Shown: in pieces, positions 39,183-49,940 of the stretch | How positions within the stretch are numbered: position 1 is the first letter of the stretch | How the letters are laid out: every line of letters starts with the position of its first letter | Assembly: GCA_045597865.1 (NCBI GenBank) | Contig: JAZLKX010000025.1 | Coordinates: 256,001 to 320,000 of the forward strand | Reading direction: 5' to 3' | Source: Bacilli bacterium | GTDB taxonomy: Bacteria; Bacillota_I; Bacilli_A; RFN20; CAG-826 | DNA length: 64,000 nt | Position numbers and translations under genes: made by a program | Notes under the pieces: model-generated | Told to the model about the DNA's origin: nothing | Databases searched by the model: none | Seen by the model: only the letters and a program-made list of their open reading frames with translations

Positions 39183-41810
39183 CTAAGCTTCATCATCGTC
39201 ATCGAAGATGGAGATTTGGGTGTAACCATTTACTGGTTCATCCTCTTCTTCCTTCGCAGAAGGAACTTGTCCGACAACTTCCTCTTCTTTTACCTTCTCT
39301 TCTTCTGGAATAATTCTAGCGTGAGATTCGGTATTTGCGAGGATTCTATCATGGCCTTCAATAAAGGCAATTTCGAGTCTATTTTTCTTACCAATATTTA
39401 CGGATTCATGGCAATAGTAATCCATTGGAGTTAAATGATAATCATTAACTTCAATGTCTTGGATTGCTTTCATATTTGTTAAGAAATGGAGCAAATTCTT
39501 TTCAATTGAAGTATCAAGTTTGAATGCATAGACAAGTTTATGCTCATCAGATTTGAATGTTTTGAAGACCTGACTTGGCTTGCCTAAACGGTTCACAAAA
39601 TTGGTCTTATTTGGATCATAAATTCTGATACAAGCTTTATCGGTAATTAAACAAATTTTTCCTTCAACCTTATCCTTAGGATAAGCAACGATATTAACAA
39701 TCTCTGCTGAACCAAGTTTTGAAATGCCTTTTACACCACCGCTTCTCATGCCTGCTGCAGGAAGTTCATTTTCATTGTAGAATGTTGCATTTCCGTCACT
39801 TGTGAAAATCATTAAATTGCTGTCTCCATCAGTGAAAGCTACATCTGCAAGTTCATCATCAGAAAGTAATTTCATACAAATGAGTGGTTTTGAATAACGA
39901 ACGACAGAGAAATCCTGTAACGATAAACGTTTAATTTGACCACGTTTTGAAATCAATACGAAGAATAAATCTTCTCTAAATTTTTCAATTACGTATGCAC
40001 GCACAATTTTTTCATTAGGATTTAAGTTAATTAAGTAGTTAATGTGACTACCTTCTTCTTTCCATTTGCATGATTTAACTTCATAAACTGGAATATAGAG
40101 GAAGTTTCCTAAATTTGTAAAACAAATTAGGAAGTCAGTAGTCATTGCGTTACCACTATAAACACAAACATCGCCATCTTTCATACCAGGAAGAGGATTA
40201 TCACCACTTGATTTGTATGATTTGATTGATGATTGTTTGATGTATCCGTCACGAGTAACTGCGAGTACAACTTCTTCTTTTGCAATGAGGTCACGAACAT
40301 CAATTTGTTGGTTGCCATCTTTCTCAATAATTTGAGTTTTTCTTTCGTGGCCATAAGCGTTAGAAATCTTTCTCAAATCAGAGACCAAAAGTCTATTAAG
40401 TTTGTTTCTATCTTCAAGGATTCCGTTTAAGAATTCGATGTTAGCTTCTAAGTCTCTCTTTTCGTTCTCTAATATAGTAATATCAGTGTTAGACAACTTA
40501 TAAAGTTGTAACATAACGATAGCTTCACTTTGAGCATCATTAAATCCGAACTTATTTTGGATGTTAATTTTAGCATCTTGTTTATCTTTTGAAGCACGAA
40601 TTGTATCAACAACTTGATCCAAAATTGAGATAGCTTTTATTAAGCCGTTTACGATGTCCAAACGTGATTTTGATTTGTTCAAATCGTGGGTTGAACGACG
40701 TGTAATAACATCGACTTGGTGATCAATGTAGCAATCAACAAAATCAAGTAAGTTCATTGTCTTTGGTGTGCCATTTACAATGGCCACCATATTTGCAGAA
40801 TATGATGCTTTAAGACCTGATTTTGTCATCAAATATTTGTAGATAACATCAATTTTTGCTTCTTTTTTAACTTCAATTACGATTCTAATGCCGTTTCTAT
40901 CAGATTCATCACGAACTTCTGCAATACCTGGTAAGACATTATTATGTCTTAACATATCAATTTCGTGGACTAAGTCAATCTTAACTGCTTTAAATGGAAT
41001 TTCTGTAACAATAATTGCTTTTTCTTTTGGTGTATCAACAATTTCAGCTTTAGCTGCAATCTCAATTCTTCCACGTCCTTGAGTGTACATTTCAGTAAGT
41101 CCGTTTGAAGAATAGATAATTCCACCACCTGGGAAATCAGGACCTTTGATAAATTGCATCAAATCTAAAGGTTCAACTCTTTGGTGATTGATACGATAAA
41201 TAATTGCATCAATAACCTCTTTGAGGTTATGTGTTGGAATATCAGTTGCCATACCAACAGCAATACCTTCGGTACCATTAACGAGTAAGTTAGGGAATCT
41301 TGATGGTAAAACTACTGGTTCAAAGTCCTTATCATCGAATGTTAAAGCCATATCAACTGTGTCTTTATCGATGTCACGAACCATTTCTTCTGCAATTTGT
41401 GAAAGTCTTGATTCCGTATAACGATAAGCAGCTGGGCCATCACCATCTATAGAACCATTATTTCCCTGAAAGGAAATAAGAGGATTGTTATTTTTCCAAT
41501 CTTGAGACATTCTAACGAGTGCTTCGTAGATTGAGGAGTCACCATGAGGGTGATAATCACCCATAACTTTACCAACTGTATGTGCACATTTTACTGTTGG
41601 ACGTGAGAAAATATTGCCAGCTTTATACATGGCAAAAATGATACGTCTTTGAACTGGTTTTAATCCGTCACGAGCATCTGGAATTGCACGATCTTGAATG
41701 ACATATTTTGCGTAAGTTGCAAAGCGGTCACCCATGATTTCTTCAAGAGTTTCGCTATGAATATTTTCGACGATTTCTTCTTCAACAATTTGATTAGATT
41801 TTCTTGCCAT
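39183..41810 (-). CDS. parC: DNA topoisomerase IV subunit A
   Basis: [34 protein letters not shown]; plsY-parE-parC synteny. Confidence 0.93.
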   Translation of the reverse strand: MARKSNQIVEEEIVENIHSETLEEIMGDRFATYAKYVIQDRAIPDARDGLKPVQRRIIFAMYKAGNIFSRPTVKCAHTVGKVMGDYHPHGDSSIYEALVRMSQDWKNNNPLISFQGNNGSIDGDGPAAYRYTESRLSQIAEEMVRDIDKDTVDMALTFDDKDFEPVVLPSRFPNLLVNGTEGIAVGMATDIPTHNLKEVIDAIIYRINHQRVEPLDLMQFIKGPDFPGGGIIYSSNGLTEMYTQGRGRIEIAAKAEIVDTPKEKAIIVTEIPFKAVKIDLVHEIDMLRHNNVLPGIAEVRDESDRNGIRIVIEVKKEAKIDVIYKYLMTKSGLKASYSANMVAIVNGTPKTMNLLDFVDCYIDHQVDVITRRSTHDLNKSKSRLDIVNGLIKAISILDQVVDTIRASKDKQDAKINIQNKFGFNDAQSEAIVMLQLYKLSNTDITILENEKRDLEANIEFLNGILEDRNKLNRLLVSDLRKISNAYGHERKTQIIEKDGNQQIDVRDLIAKEEVVLAVTRDGYIKQSSIKSYKSSGDNPLPGMKDGDVCVYSGNAMTTDFLICFTNLGNFLYIPVYEVKSCKWKEEGSHINYLINLNPNEKIVRAYVIEKFREDLFFVLISKRGQIKRLSLQDFSVVRYSKPLICMKLLSDDELADVAFTDGDSNLMIFTSDGNATFYNENELPAAGMRSGGVKGISKLGSAEIVNIVAYPKDKVEGKICLITDKACIRIYDPNKTNFVNRLGKPSQVFKTFKSDEHKLVYAFKLDTSIEKNLLHFLTNMKAIQDIEVNDYHLTPMDYYCHESVNIGKKNRLEIAFIEGHDRILANTESHARIIPEEEKVKEEEVVGQVPSAKEEEDEPVNGYTQISIFDDDDEA

Positions 41811-41811
41811 A

Positions 41812-43755
41812 TTACTTCACCTCGTCTATAAATGAATCGACCTCGTTGAAGTTGATATTTTCTTCAATCCAACTACGTCTTTGTGATGGGTCATTACCCA
41901 TAAGGGTAATAAGTCTTTGTTCAGCGAGTACTGAGTCTTCAATTGTAACCTTCAAAAGTTGTCTTGTTTTTGGGTCCATTGTGGACTCTTTTAATTGGTC
42001 ATCATTCATCTCGCCGAGACCCTTATATCTATTAACTCTTGGGGTTCCGCCAAGCTCTTTTTTAGCTTCTGCAAGGCCTTCATCATCCCAAGCATATTTG
42101 TAAATTTCTTTGCCCTTAACTTCTCTACTTGCACGGTATAAAGGAGGAAGCGCAACAAACACTTTTCCTTTGAGAATTAATGGTCTCATAAAGTTGTAGA
42201 AAAATGTAATAAGTAAGGTTTGAATATGTGCTCCATCTGTATCAGCATCTGTCATAAAAATGATCTTTCCATAATGTGAGTTATCTGGATTACAATTCTC
42301 CAAAACACCACATCCAATGGTGTTTATGAGTGTTGCACATTCTTCATTTTTAAGAACTTTATCTAAACCTAAGCCAAAAGTGTTAAGTGGTTTACCACGA
42401 AGTGGTAAGATTGCTTGATGCATTCTATCACGTGACTTTTTGGCTGTTCCACCAGCAGAATCGCCTTCAACAATGAAAAGTTCGTTTTTATCATAATCTT
42501 TGCTTGCTGCTGGGGTTAATTTATCAGACAAAACAATGTCTTGTTTTACTGTTTTTTTACTACGTGCTTCATCTCTAGCTTTTCTAGCTGCAACACGAGC
42601 AGTCATGGAATCTTGACATTTCTTGATCAAATTGACTGCAAACTCTTTATGTTCAGCAAGATAATAACTAAAGTTATTATAAATAAAGTTAGAAATGATT
42701 GGTAAAGCTTCTGGAGTACCTAATTTTTGCTTAGTTTGTCCTTCATATTCGAGCTTTTCTTCAGGTATTTTTAATGAAATAATTGCAGTTAAACCTTCAC
42801 GAATGTCATTACCTTCAAGTTTTTGCTTATTTCTAAGCAATCCATTTTCTTCAGCATAATCATTAACTGCTTTTGTTAAACCTTGACGGAATCCTTGTTC
42901 ATGGGTTCCACCATCTCTGGTTCTAACATTGTTTGCATATGAGTAAATATTTTCGGAATAATCTTCATAAGCATATTGCATTGCTATATCTATAGATATA
43001 GAATCGTCGATTCCTTCGAATGCAACGATCTCACCGAGAACCTTTTTGTTTGTCTCAAGTGAACCTATATACTCCTTAATACCTTCGTTATAGCAAAACT
43101 CAACTTTTTCTCCTGTTCTTTCGTCAGAGAGTACGAATTTTACACCTTTTAAAAGGAAGGCGCTTTCTTGAATATGGTTTGCAATAATGTCGTATTTGAA
43201 ATCAACAGTTGAGAAGATTCTTGGATCAGGTTTGAAACGGACAAGTGTGCCCTTTTTCTTGGTATTACCAAGAACCTCGATTGGGGTAACAAGTTTTCCA
43301 CCATCTTCAAAACGGATGTGATGAATTTTTCCACCTTTGAAAACAGTGACATCGCAATATTCAGACAAGGCATTGGTGACCGCAGAACCAACCCCGTGTA
43401 AGCCAGCACTTGATGTGTAAGCCTTATTTGAAAACTTACCACCTGAGTGTAATGTTGTGAAGATTAATTGGACTGCTGGCATGCCAGTCTGTTGATGTAT
43501 ATCAACAGGAATTCCTCTTCCTTCGTCTTCAACACCTAAAGAACCATCTTTGAAAATGGTGATTTTTATTGTATTTCCGTATCCACTTAAAGCCTCGTCA
43601 ACAGCGTTATCAACGATTTCCCAAACAAGGTGATGGACACCTGTTAAGTTAGTAGAACCGATGTACATTGCAGGACGTTTTCTGACGCCAGCAAGGCCTT
43701 CTAAAAGGTCAATATCTTTTGCGGAATAGTCTGATTTTGCGATATTATTTGCCAT
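41812..43755 (-). CDS. parE: DNA topoisomerase IV subunit B
   Basis: VRKRPAMYIG, EGDSAGG, PLRGK, MTDADTDG. Confidence 0.93.
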   Translation of the reverse strand: MANNIAKSDYSAKDIDLLEGLAGVRKRPAMYIGSTNLTGVHHLVWEIVDNAVDEALSGYGNTIKITIFKDGSLGVEDEGRGIPVDIHQQTGMPAVQLIFTTLHSGGKFSNKAYTSSAGLHGVGSAVTNALSEYCDVTVFKGGKIHHIRFEDGGKLVTPIEVLGNTKKKGTLVRFKPDPRIFSTVDFKYDIIANHIQESAFLLKGVKFVLSDERTGEKVEFCYNEGIKEYIGSLETNKKVLGEIVAFEGIDDSISIDIAMQYAYEDYSENIYSYANNVRTRDGGTHEQGFRQGLTKAVNDYAEENGLLRNKQKLEGNDIREGLTAIISLKIPEEKLEYEGQTKQKLGTPEALPIISNFIYNNFSYYLAEHKEFAVNLIKKCQDSMTARVAARKARDEARSKKTVKQDIVLSDKLTPAASKDYDKNELFIVEGDSAGGTAKKSRDRMHQAILPLRGKPLNTFGLGLDKVLKNEECATLINTIGCGVLENCNPDNSHYGKIIFMTDADTDGAHIQTLLITFFYNFMRPLILKGKVFVALPPLYRASREVKGKEIYKYAWDDEGLAEAKKELGGTPRVNRYKGLGEMNDDQLKESTMDPKTRQLLKVTIEDSVLAEQRLITLMGNDPSQRRSWIEENINFNEVDSFIDEVK

Positions 43756-43861
43756 TTTTCTTATTACCTTTCTCAATTTCTAAAAATTGATTATAACAAA
43801 ATAAAGGTTGAAAATATAAGCACTTTTTTCTATCATAATTTAGGATTTTGGAGGATTTAAA

Positions 43862-44611
43862 ATGGATATTATTTTATATAATATAATCGCAATTTTGTTG
43901 TCATTAATTTTTGGATATTTTTTCGGTTCAATACCTACTGGAGTCATACTTTGTAGACTCTTTTATGGTAAAGATCCACGCAATTTTGGGTCAAAAAACT
44001 CTGGTGGAACCAATGTTGGACGAGTTTTTGGCATGAAAATGGGTGCAGCAACCATAATTTTAGATGCTTTTAAGACCATTTTTCCGATGATTATTGTGTA
44101 TATTATCCTTAAATTTGCTAATTTGAACGACATTTTCTTAAACAATTTTGGCGAAAATCTCTTCCATAATGGTTTAACAATGTTAATTGTTGCTCCTTTA
44201 GGAGCAACCTTTGGACACTGCTGGCCAATATTTGCTCAATTTAAAGGCGGAAAAGCTGTCGCAAGTTTTGCTGGTTTTGCCATTGCTACTTGCTGGTTAA
44301 CATTTGGACTTAGCTTAATTGCCTTCCTAATTACCCTCAAAATTTCAAAACACGTTTCTCTTTCTTCAATAATCGGATCGTTAGTTGCCATGCTTGGTGC
44401 CTGGATCTTGTTTATCCTTTCAAATTTTGTCCCAAGTTTTAACACCAATTTTGCTTTTTGGGGATTCGGACAAGAGCCATTTTGGGTTGTTGCAAGTCTA
44501 GAGTTTGCAATCGCCTCAACCTTAATTGCCGTCGTTCTTGTAATTAGACACATTTCGAATATAAAAAGACTCGCGTCGCACACCGAATCAAAAATTAAGT
44601 GGATGAAGTAA
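43862..44611 (+). CDS. plsY: glycerol-3-phosphate acyltransferase PlsY
   Basis: GSIPTG, GSKNSGGTN, GHCWP..FKGGKAVA, RHISNI. Confidence 0.95.
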   Translation: MDIILYNIIAILLSLIFGYFFGSIPTGVILCRLFYGKDPRNFGSKNSGGTNVGRVFGMKMGAATIILDAFKTIFPMIIVYIILKFANLNDIFLNNFGENLFHNGLTMLIVAPLGATFGHCWPIFAQFKGGKAVASFAGFAIATCWLTFGLSLIAFLITLKISKHVSLSSIIGSLVAMLGAWILFILSNFVPSFNTNFAFWGFGQEPFWVVASLEFAIASTLIAVVLVIRHISNIKRLASHTESKIKWMK

Positions 44612-44623
44612 TTTTCCATATTT

Positions 44624-44646
44624 TTTAGTAGATATTTAGTAGTTTT
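44624..44646 (+). repeat. second exact copy of TTTAGTAGATATTTAGTAGTTTT
   Basis: identical to 36118-36140. Confidence 0.8.
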
Positions 44647-44805
44647 TTAAACTGTGAATTAATAAAAGACTCCATTGTGGAAACACCAAAAAGTTTCGAT
44701 GAAATGGAGTTTTTTAATTGACGATTTTTTAATTTACACTTCTCCACTACTACTGCAACCCACTTCAATTTATGCGCTATTAAAAAACAGGCGATTTTAG
44801 GCACG

Positions 44806-44831
44806 AAAAAAGCACCTCCGGAGAGATGCTT
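44806..44831 (-). terminator. terminator after yneF
   Basis: minus strand aagcatctc-tccg-gaggtgctttttt. Confidence 0.75.
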
Positions 44832-44851
44832 CATCAATAGTAATTTCGGGC

Positions 44852-45067
44852 TTATTTGCTGTTTCTCATTTGATTCATAACAGCACGAATTTGAGCCTCA
44901 CTTGGCTTACGTCCCATCTGCATGAACATAGCACGAATCATGTTTTCACTAATAGGTGGATTCTTTTGCAATTCGCGTTTGAAGAACCAACGAGAAGCGA
45001 CGAATCCGACGATTAAACCAACAAAGAATAATCCGATAATTAAGCCAATTGCTACACCTGTTTCCAT
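44852..45067 (-). CDS. yneF: UPF0154 (YneF) membrane protein
   Basis: TM followed by NPPISENMIRAMFMQMGRKPSEAQI. Confidence 0.93.
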   Translation of the reverse strand: METGVAIGLIIGLFFVGLIVGFVASRWFFKRELQKNPPISENMIRAMFMQMGRKPSEAQIRAVMNQMRNSK

Positions 45068-45078
45068 ATTTTTGCCTC

Positions 45079-45633
45079 CTATGCACGTCCAGCGTATTCG
45101 CCGGTATCTGTTTTAATCATAATTTTTTCGCCTTCGTTAATAAACATAGGAACTCTAAGTTTATAACCTGTTTCAAGAACACAGTTCTTTAAGGCTTTAT
45201 TAATTGTATCACCACGAACTGACAATTCACATTCAGTGACTGTAAGTGCTACAGCTGGTGGTAATGCAATTCCGAGGATTTCCTCTTCATAGAAGAGGAT
45301 ATCAATCTCAACATTTGAAGTTAGGAAGTTTAATTCCCATTCCAATTTTGATTTTGGAAGTTCAATTTGATCAAATGTTTCATTGTTCATGAAGACTAAT
45401 GTTTCTCCAGAATCATATAGATATGCCATTTTCTTCTTGTTTAATTGAACTCTTTCGACATCATAGCCAGAATTACGTGCTAAATCTGTGATTGCGCCTG
45501 TACGCATGTTTTTGGCTTTAACTTTGGCAACCATCTTTCGCATGGCGGTCTTATTTAATAAGATGTCCACTGCTAAATAAAGATTTCCTTCATCTAAGAA
45601 GTAATAGCCTGGTCTTAATTCAGTAACGTTCAT
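45079..45633 (-). CDS. efp: elongation factor P
   Basis: YLYDSGE..FMN.ETFDQ, RGDT, LETG...VPMFI.EG, TGEY..RA. Confidence 0.92.
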   Translation of the reverse strand: MNVTELRPGYYFLDEGNLYLAVDILLNKTAMRKMVAKVKAKNMRTGAITDLARNSGYDVERVQLNKKKMAYLYDSGETLVFMNNETFDQIELPKSKLEWELNFLTSNVEIDILFYEEEILGIALPPAVALTVTECELSVRGDTINKALKNCVLETGYKLRVPMFINEGEKIMIKTDTGEYAGRA

Positions 45634-45670
45634 GCTAATCCTCCAAAATCATTTAGATTATATCTAAAAA

Positions 45671-46315
45671 CTAGATATTATTCAAATAAGTATTGTACTT
45701 CTTCTCTCTATCCAAATCTGTTAAAGCGCCGTGTCCTGGATAGACTTTAACTCCATCAGGAAGGTCTTTAAGTTTTTTAAGAGATGATTCAACAGTTCTT
45801 TGAGAACCTGTTGGTAAATCTGTACGACCTATGGTCGTAAAGAATAAAGTATCTCCAGTGAAAAGAATTTTTTCATTTTCGATATAGTAGCAGCAACTTC
45901 CTTTCGTATGAAATGGAGTTGCAATTACTTTAATATCAAATCCGGCGACATTTATAATGTCACCATCATCCAAAAGTTTTACCTTTTTAGGCATGAAAGA
46001 TAGCGGAACTATATCATATTCACCCCAATTTACATCAGTTAAATTTAAACTTGGATCAGTTAAAAATTCAATTTCATCCCTTAAAATGTAAACTTTTGCA
46101 TGCTTATAGATGTCTAAAACATCTTTTAAAGCATAAATATGGTCATAATGACCATGAGTAATAAATATTGCTTTAATATCTTTATTTAATTTTTTGATAT
46201 GGTCGATAAGTCCGTTATTCAAAGAATAACCTGGATCGACTAAAAAAGCTTCATCATTTTCGTTATACATGATGTAGCAGTTACAAGCTACTCTACTATA
46301 ATAAATATCGACCAT
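45671..46315 (-). CDS. MBL-fold metallo-hydrolase (YqgX/GloB-like)
   Basis: THGHYDH, TPFHT, FTGDTLF, PGHG. Confidence 0.9.
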   Translation of the reverse strand: MVDIYYSRVACNCYIMYNENDEAFLVDPGYSLNNGLIDHIKKLNKDIKAIFITHGHYDHIYALKDVLDIYKHAKVYILRDEIEFLTDPSLNLTDVNWGEYDIVPLSFMPKKVKLLDDGDIINVAGFDIKVIATPFHTKGSCCYYIENEKILFTGDTLFFTTIGRTDLPTGSQRTVESSLKKLKDLPDGVKVYPGHGALTDLDREKKYNTYLNNI

Positions 46316-46340
46316 AATCAAAAAAATAAGGATATAATCC

Positions 46341-46493
46341 TTACTTTTTCTCCTTGTGCACTGTGTGCTTTTTGCATTTCCAGCAGTATTTCTTGGTTTC
46401 TAATCTGTCCGGATGCTCTTTTTTATTTTTGTTTGTGATGTAGTTTTCTTCACCACAGACTGTGCACTTAAGTGTAATATTATCTCTTGGCAT
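46341..46493 (-). CDS. rpmG: 50S ribosomal protein L33, Zn-binding form (not in ORF track)
   Basis: translates [50 protein letters not shown]; RBS aaggag. Confidence 0.97.
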   Translation of the reverse strand: MPRDNITLKCTVCGEENYITNKNKKEHPDRLETKKYCWKCKKHTVHKEKK

Positions 46494-46583
46494 AGGTTTA
46501 TCTCCTTTGCAATTTGCTCAAAAATAATAGCACAAAGAATAAAATATATCTACAAGATATTTAATCTTTGTTATAATCTACAT

Positions 46584-47642
46584 ATGAAATCTATGCCAAG
46601 AGTTAATACTAAAAGCATTAAAATCAGTAATATTACCATTGGTGGATCAAATAAAGTTTTGATTCAATCCATGTGTAATATTAAAACATCAAACGTTGAT
46701 GCTGTTGTTAAACAAATAAACGAATGCGCCTTATTAGGCGCAGATTTAATGCGTGTCTCAGTTTTAGACATGGATGACGCTAAAGCAATCAAGGAAATTG
46801 TTAAACAAATTTCCGTTCCACTTATCGCCGATATTCACTTCGATTACAGGCTTGCAATCGAATCCATAAATTCAGGTGTAAACGCAATTAGACTGAATCC
46901 AGGAAATATCGGCAGCCCAGATAATGTCAAAAAAGTCGTTGATTTGTGTAAAGAAAAACACATTCCAATTAGAATTGGAGTTAACTCTGGTTCTATCGAT
47001 AAAGAAGTCAATAATGACACTCAAATTGTCAAGGCTAAGGAATTAGTTGAATCTGCTGCAAAAACAGTTAAGATGCTCGAAAAAATGGGATTTTATGACA
47101 TAGTCATATCTCTCAAAGGTTCACATGTCTTAGAAACTGTTGAAGCTTATAGACTTGCATCCAAAAAATTCAAATATCCACTCCATTTAGGAATCACTGA
47201 AGCTGGTCCAAAAGATATCGGAATGATTAGATCCACCGCTGGACTTGCACCAATCTTACTTGAAGGTATTGGAGACACAATCAGAATTTCACTTTCTGAT
47301 GAACCACAAGAAGAAGTTAGAGCTTGCAGAAGACTTCTTAAAGATTTAGAAATTAGAAATGATTACCCTACTTTAATTTCTTGTCCAACATGCGGAAGAA
47401 CTCAAGTTAATTTAGTTCCACTTGCAAAGCAAGTGTTAAAGTTCCTAGAAGATAACAAGATCAACAAAACTGTTGCTGTTATGGGTTGTATTGTTAATGG
47501 ACCAGGCGAAGCTAAACGTGCAGACATTGGATGCGCAGGCGGCAAAGGCCAATGGGTCATCTTCAAAAAAGAAGAAATTATAAAAACAGTCCCTGAAGAT
47601 AAAATCTTCGAAGAACTGTGTAACGAAATCAAAAAGTTATAA
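46584..47642 (+). CDS. ispG: HMBPP synthase IspG
   Basis: IQSM, ADIHFD, RLNPGNIG, SCPTCGR, VMGCIVNGPGE; start moved to 46584. Confidence 0.96.
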   Translation: MKSMPRVNTKSIKISNITIGGSNKVLIQSMCNIKTSNVDAVVKQINECALLGADLMRVSVLDMDDAKAIKEIVKQISVPLIADIHFDYRLAIESINSGVNAIRLNPGNIGSPDNVKKVVDLCKEKHIPIRIGVNSGSIDKEVNNDTQIVKAKELVESAAKTVKMLEKMGFYDIVISLKGSHVLETVEAYRLASKKFKYPLHLGITEAGPKDIGMIRSTAGLAPILLEGIGDTIRISLSDEPQEEVRACRRLLKDLEIRNDYPTLISCPTCGRTQVNLVPLAKQVLKFLEDNKINKTVAVMGCIVNGPGEAKRADIGCAGGKGQWVIFKKEEIIKTVPEDKIFEELCNEIKKL

Positions 47643-47667
47643 AAAAAGAGAGATTAATCTCTCTTTT
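47641..47667. terminator. bidirectional terminator between ispG and nfo
   Basis: aaaaaagagaga-ttaa-tctctctttt. Confidence 0.7.
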
Positions 47668-48541
47668 ATTTTCTCCAATCATTGAACTTGCTTGCCTTGA
47701 ACATGGCAATTTCTTCTTTATACGGAGCTTGGTCATTAACATAAGGAGTTTCAAGAATTTTTGGAACTCCAGGAATTCTTGGATTATGGACCACCGCATT
47801 TAATGCATCAAATCCAATAAAACCATAACCAATGTTTTCATGTCTGTCTTTGTGAGCTCCAACATCATTCTTAGAATCATTAACGTGAATGACATAAAGC
47901 TTGTCTAATCCCACAGTTTTTTCAACATTGTCTAAGATGCTATCAAAATTATGAATATCATAATTATTGTCACTAACGTGACAAGTATCAAGACAAATTC
48001 CAACTCTTTCTGGATGTTTTACCTTTGAAATAATTTCAGCCATTTGCTCGAAACTTGTACCCATTTCAGAGCCTTTTCCAGCCATTGTTTCAAGTGCAAT
48101 TCTAACGTCAGTTCCATCTTTATCAAGAACTTCATCCAGTGCTTTTACAATTGAGTCAATTCCGTTTTCTACACCTGTATTTACGTGGCTGCCTGGGTGC
48201 AAAACTAATGTCTTACAACCGAATGCTGCGGTTCTCTTAACTTCGTTAAGAAGAACTGATTTAGCCATTCCATAATTAACTTCGTTTAATTGATTTGCGA
48301 TGTTAATAATGTATGGAGCATGAACAATAATTTTATCTTCATTAAAGCCATTTGCTCTTAATAGAGCACGGCCTTCTTCAATCATAAGTTTTTCAAGTGG
48401 AAGTCTAAATGAATTTTGTGGAGCACCTGTATAAAACATTAAAGTGTTCGCTCCATAAGAGATAGCTTCTTCAACTGAACCTAAATAATATTTAGGTGAG
48501 GACATTGAAACATGTGATCCAATATAAAGTTCTTTATCCAT
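47666..48541 (-). CDS. nfo: endonuclease IV
   Basis: IGSHVS, HAPYIIN, HPGSH, LETMAGKG, DTCH, DRHENIG. Confidence 0.96.
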   Translation of the reverse strand: MDKELYIGSHVSMSSPKYYLGSVEEAISYGANTLMFYTGAPQNSFRLPLEKLMIEEGRALLRANGFNEDKIIVHAPYIINIANQLNEVNYGMAKSVLLNEVKRTAAFGCKTLVLHPGSHVNTGVENGIDSIVKALDEVLDKDGTDVRIALETMAGKGSEMGTSFEQMAEIISKVKHPERVGICLDTCHVSDNNYDIHNFDSILDNVEKTVGLDKLYVIHVNDSKNDVGAHKDRHENIGYGFIGFDALNAVVHNPRIPGVPKILETPYVNDQAPYKEEIAMFKASKFNDWRK

Positions 48542-49883
48542 TTTGGTTCTCCCTCTTATAACGTTCAACTCGTTGACGTCTTATGTCTTTACGAATGATT
48601 TCGCGTCTATGTTTTTGCTTTGCTTTTGCAATAGCTTCTTTTTGTTTTTTCTTGTAGCCAGGTTTAACCTTTTTGTTACGTCCACCTTGCGCTTTAATTT
48701 TGCTAATTTCCTTTTGAAGTTCCTCGTCAACTTTTCTCTTGTTTGGATGAGTTTTTTCAATTGGGTGTCCTGGTGCCAATTCACTATCTTTAAGTATTAA
48801 ATACTTAAATTGAACGCCATTTTTAACTAATGCAAGTGGTTTTGCGGTCTTATCATTGTTGTAGAATGTGTAGCAATTTCCAGACTTGTTAAAACGTCCA
48901 GTTCTACCCGCTCTATGGTAATAAAATTCAAGGTTGTTTGGTAGATCAACATTAATGACATCTGTAACATCTGGAATATCTAAACCACGAGCAGCCATAT
49001 CAGAGCAAACTAAAATATAAATCTCATCATTTTTAACTTGTCTCAAGACAGATTTTCTTTCTCTAGCATTTAAATCACCAGTTAATAAACCAGCTTTATA
49101 TTTCTTTGCTCTAAGAGCAGCATAAATCTCGTTTGCAGTTTCTTTTTTAGATGCAAAAACAAGCAAAAGATAAGGTTTAATTATATCAATAATGTTTTCT
49201 AATGATGTTACAACATCATTGTGTCTAATATCAACCAAATAATGAGTTACTTTTGAAGCAGTCATTGTTTCTTCGTTAATAACTGGAACATTTGGTCCAA
49301 TATACTTTTCAAGTTCGTGTGCTAAATTACTTTCGAGGGTTGCTGAATAAACTAAAAATCTTGGTTTATTTGTTTTATCAACAACTTTATCAATTTCTCC
49401 AAAGAAGCCTTCTCTTAAAAGCATATCAGCTTCATCTAATACAATAGTATTAACAAATCTTAATGATAAGTTTTTGCCTAAAATATCTGCAAGTCTTCCA
49501 GGAGTTCCAATAATAATGTGAGGAGGAACAGATAAACCTTTTTCGGTTTCTTCTCTTTCAACTCCAGACTTAAATAATTTAATTTTTAAACCTGGGAATT
49601 CTTGCATGAACGGAACTGCAAAGTCATAAATTTGTTTTGCGAGTTCTCTTGTAGGTGCAATGATAATTGATTGAACATTTTGATTTTTTAAATCAATTTG
49701 GTCAATAATTGGAATTAAAAAGCATAAAGTTTTACCAGTTCCTGTAGCACTTTGAACCATTAAAGTTTCACCTTTAAGTGCTTTAGGAATTGCTCTTAGT
49801 TGAATCTCTGAAGGCTCACTAAAACCTTGTCTATTTAGAGACTTGATCATTGATTCAGATAAATTAATTGCTTTAAACGACAT
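48534..49883 (-). CDS. cshB: DEAD-box RNA helicase (CshB-like)
   Basis: ATGTGKT, PTRELA, DEAD, SAT, HRAGRTGR, VKPGYKKK tail; upstream of nfo. Confidence 0.88.
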   Translation of the reverse strand: MSFKAINLSESMIKSLNRQGFSEPSEIQLRAIPKALKGETLMVQSATGTGKTLCFLIPIIDQIDLKNQNVQSIIIAPTRELAKQIYDFAVPFMQEFPGLKIKLFKSGVEREETEKGLSVPPHIIIGTPGRLADILGKNLSLRFVNTIVLDEADMLLREGFFGEIDKVVDKTNKPRFLVYSATLESNLAHELEKYIGPNVPVINEETMTASKVTHYLVDIRHNDVVTSLENIIDIIKPYLLLVFASKKETANEIYAALRAKKYKAGLLTGDLNARERKSVLRQVKNDEIYILVCSDMAARGLDIPDVTDVINVDLPNNLEFYYHRAGRTGRFNKSGNCYTFYNNDKTAKPLALVKNGVQFKYLILKDSELAPGHPIEKTHPNKRKVDEELQKEISKIKAQGGRNKKVKPGYKKKQKEAIAKAKQKHRREIIRKDIRRQRVERYKRENQNG

Positions 49884-49940
49884 AATTTTTCCCGCGCTTT
49901 ATTATACACGTAAAATTATAAATGTGCTATTATAGAAACC

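Noticed and set aside
44625-44837. 70-aa minus-strand ORF in the plsY-yneF spacer
   Set aside because: It starts inside the yneF terminator, has no RBS and runs through hairpins and repeats.
46413-46583. N-terminal extension of IspG in the ORF track
   Set aside because: It overlaps rpmG on the opposite strand; homology and a promoter support a start at 46584.
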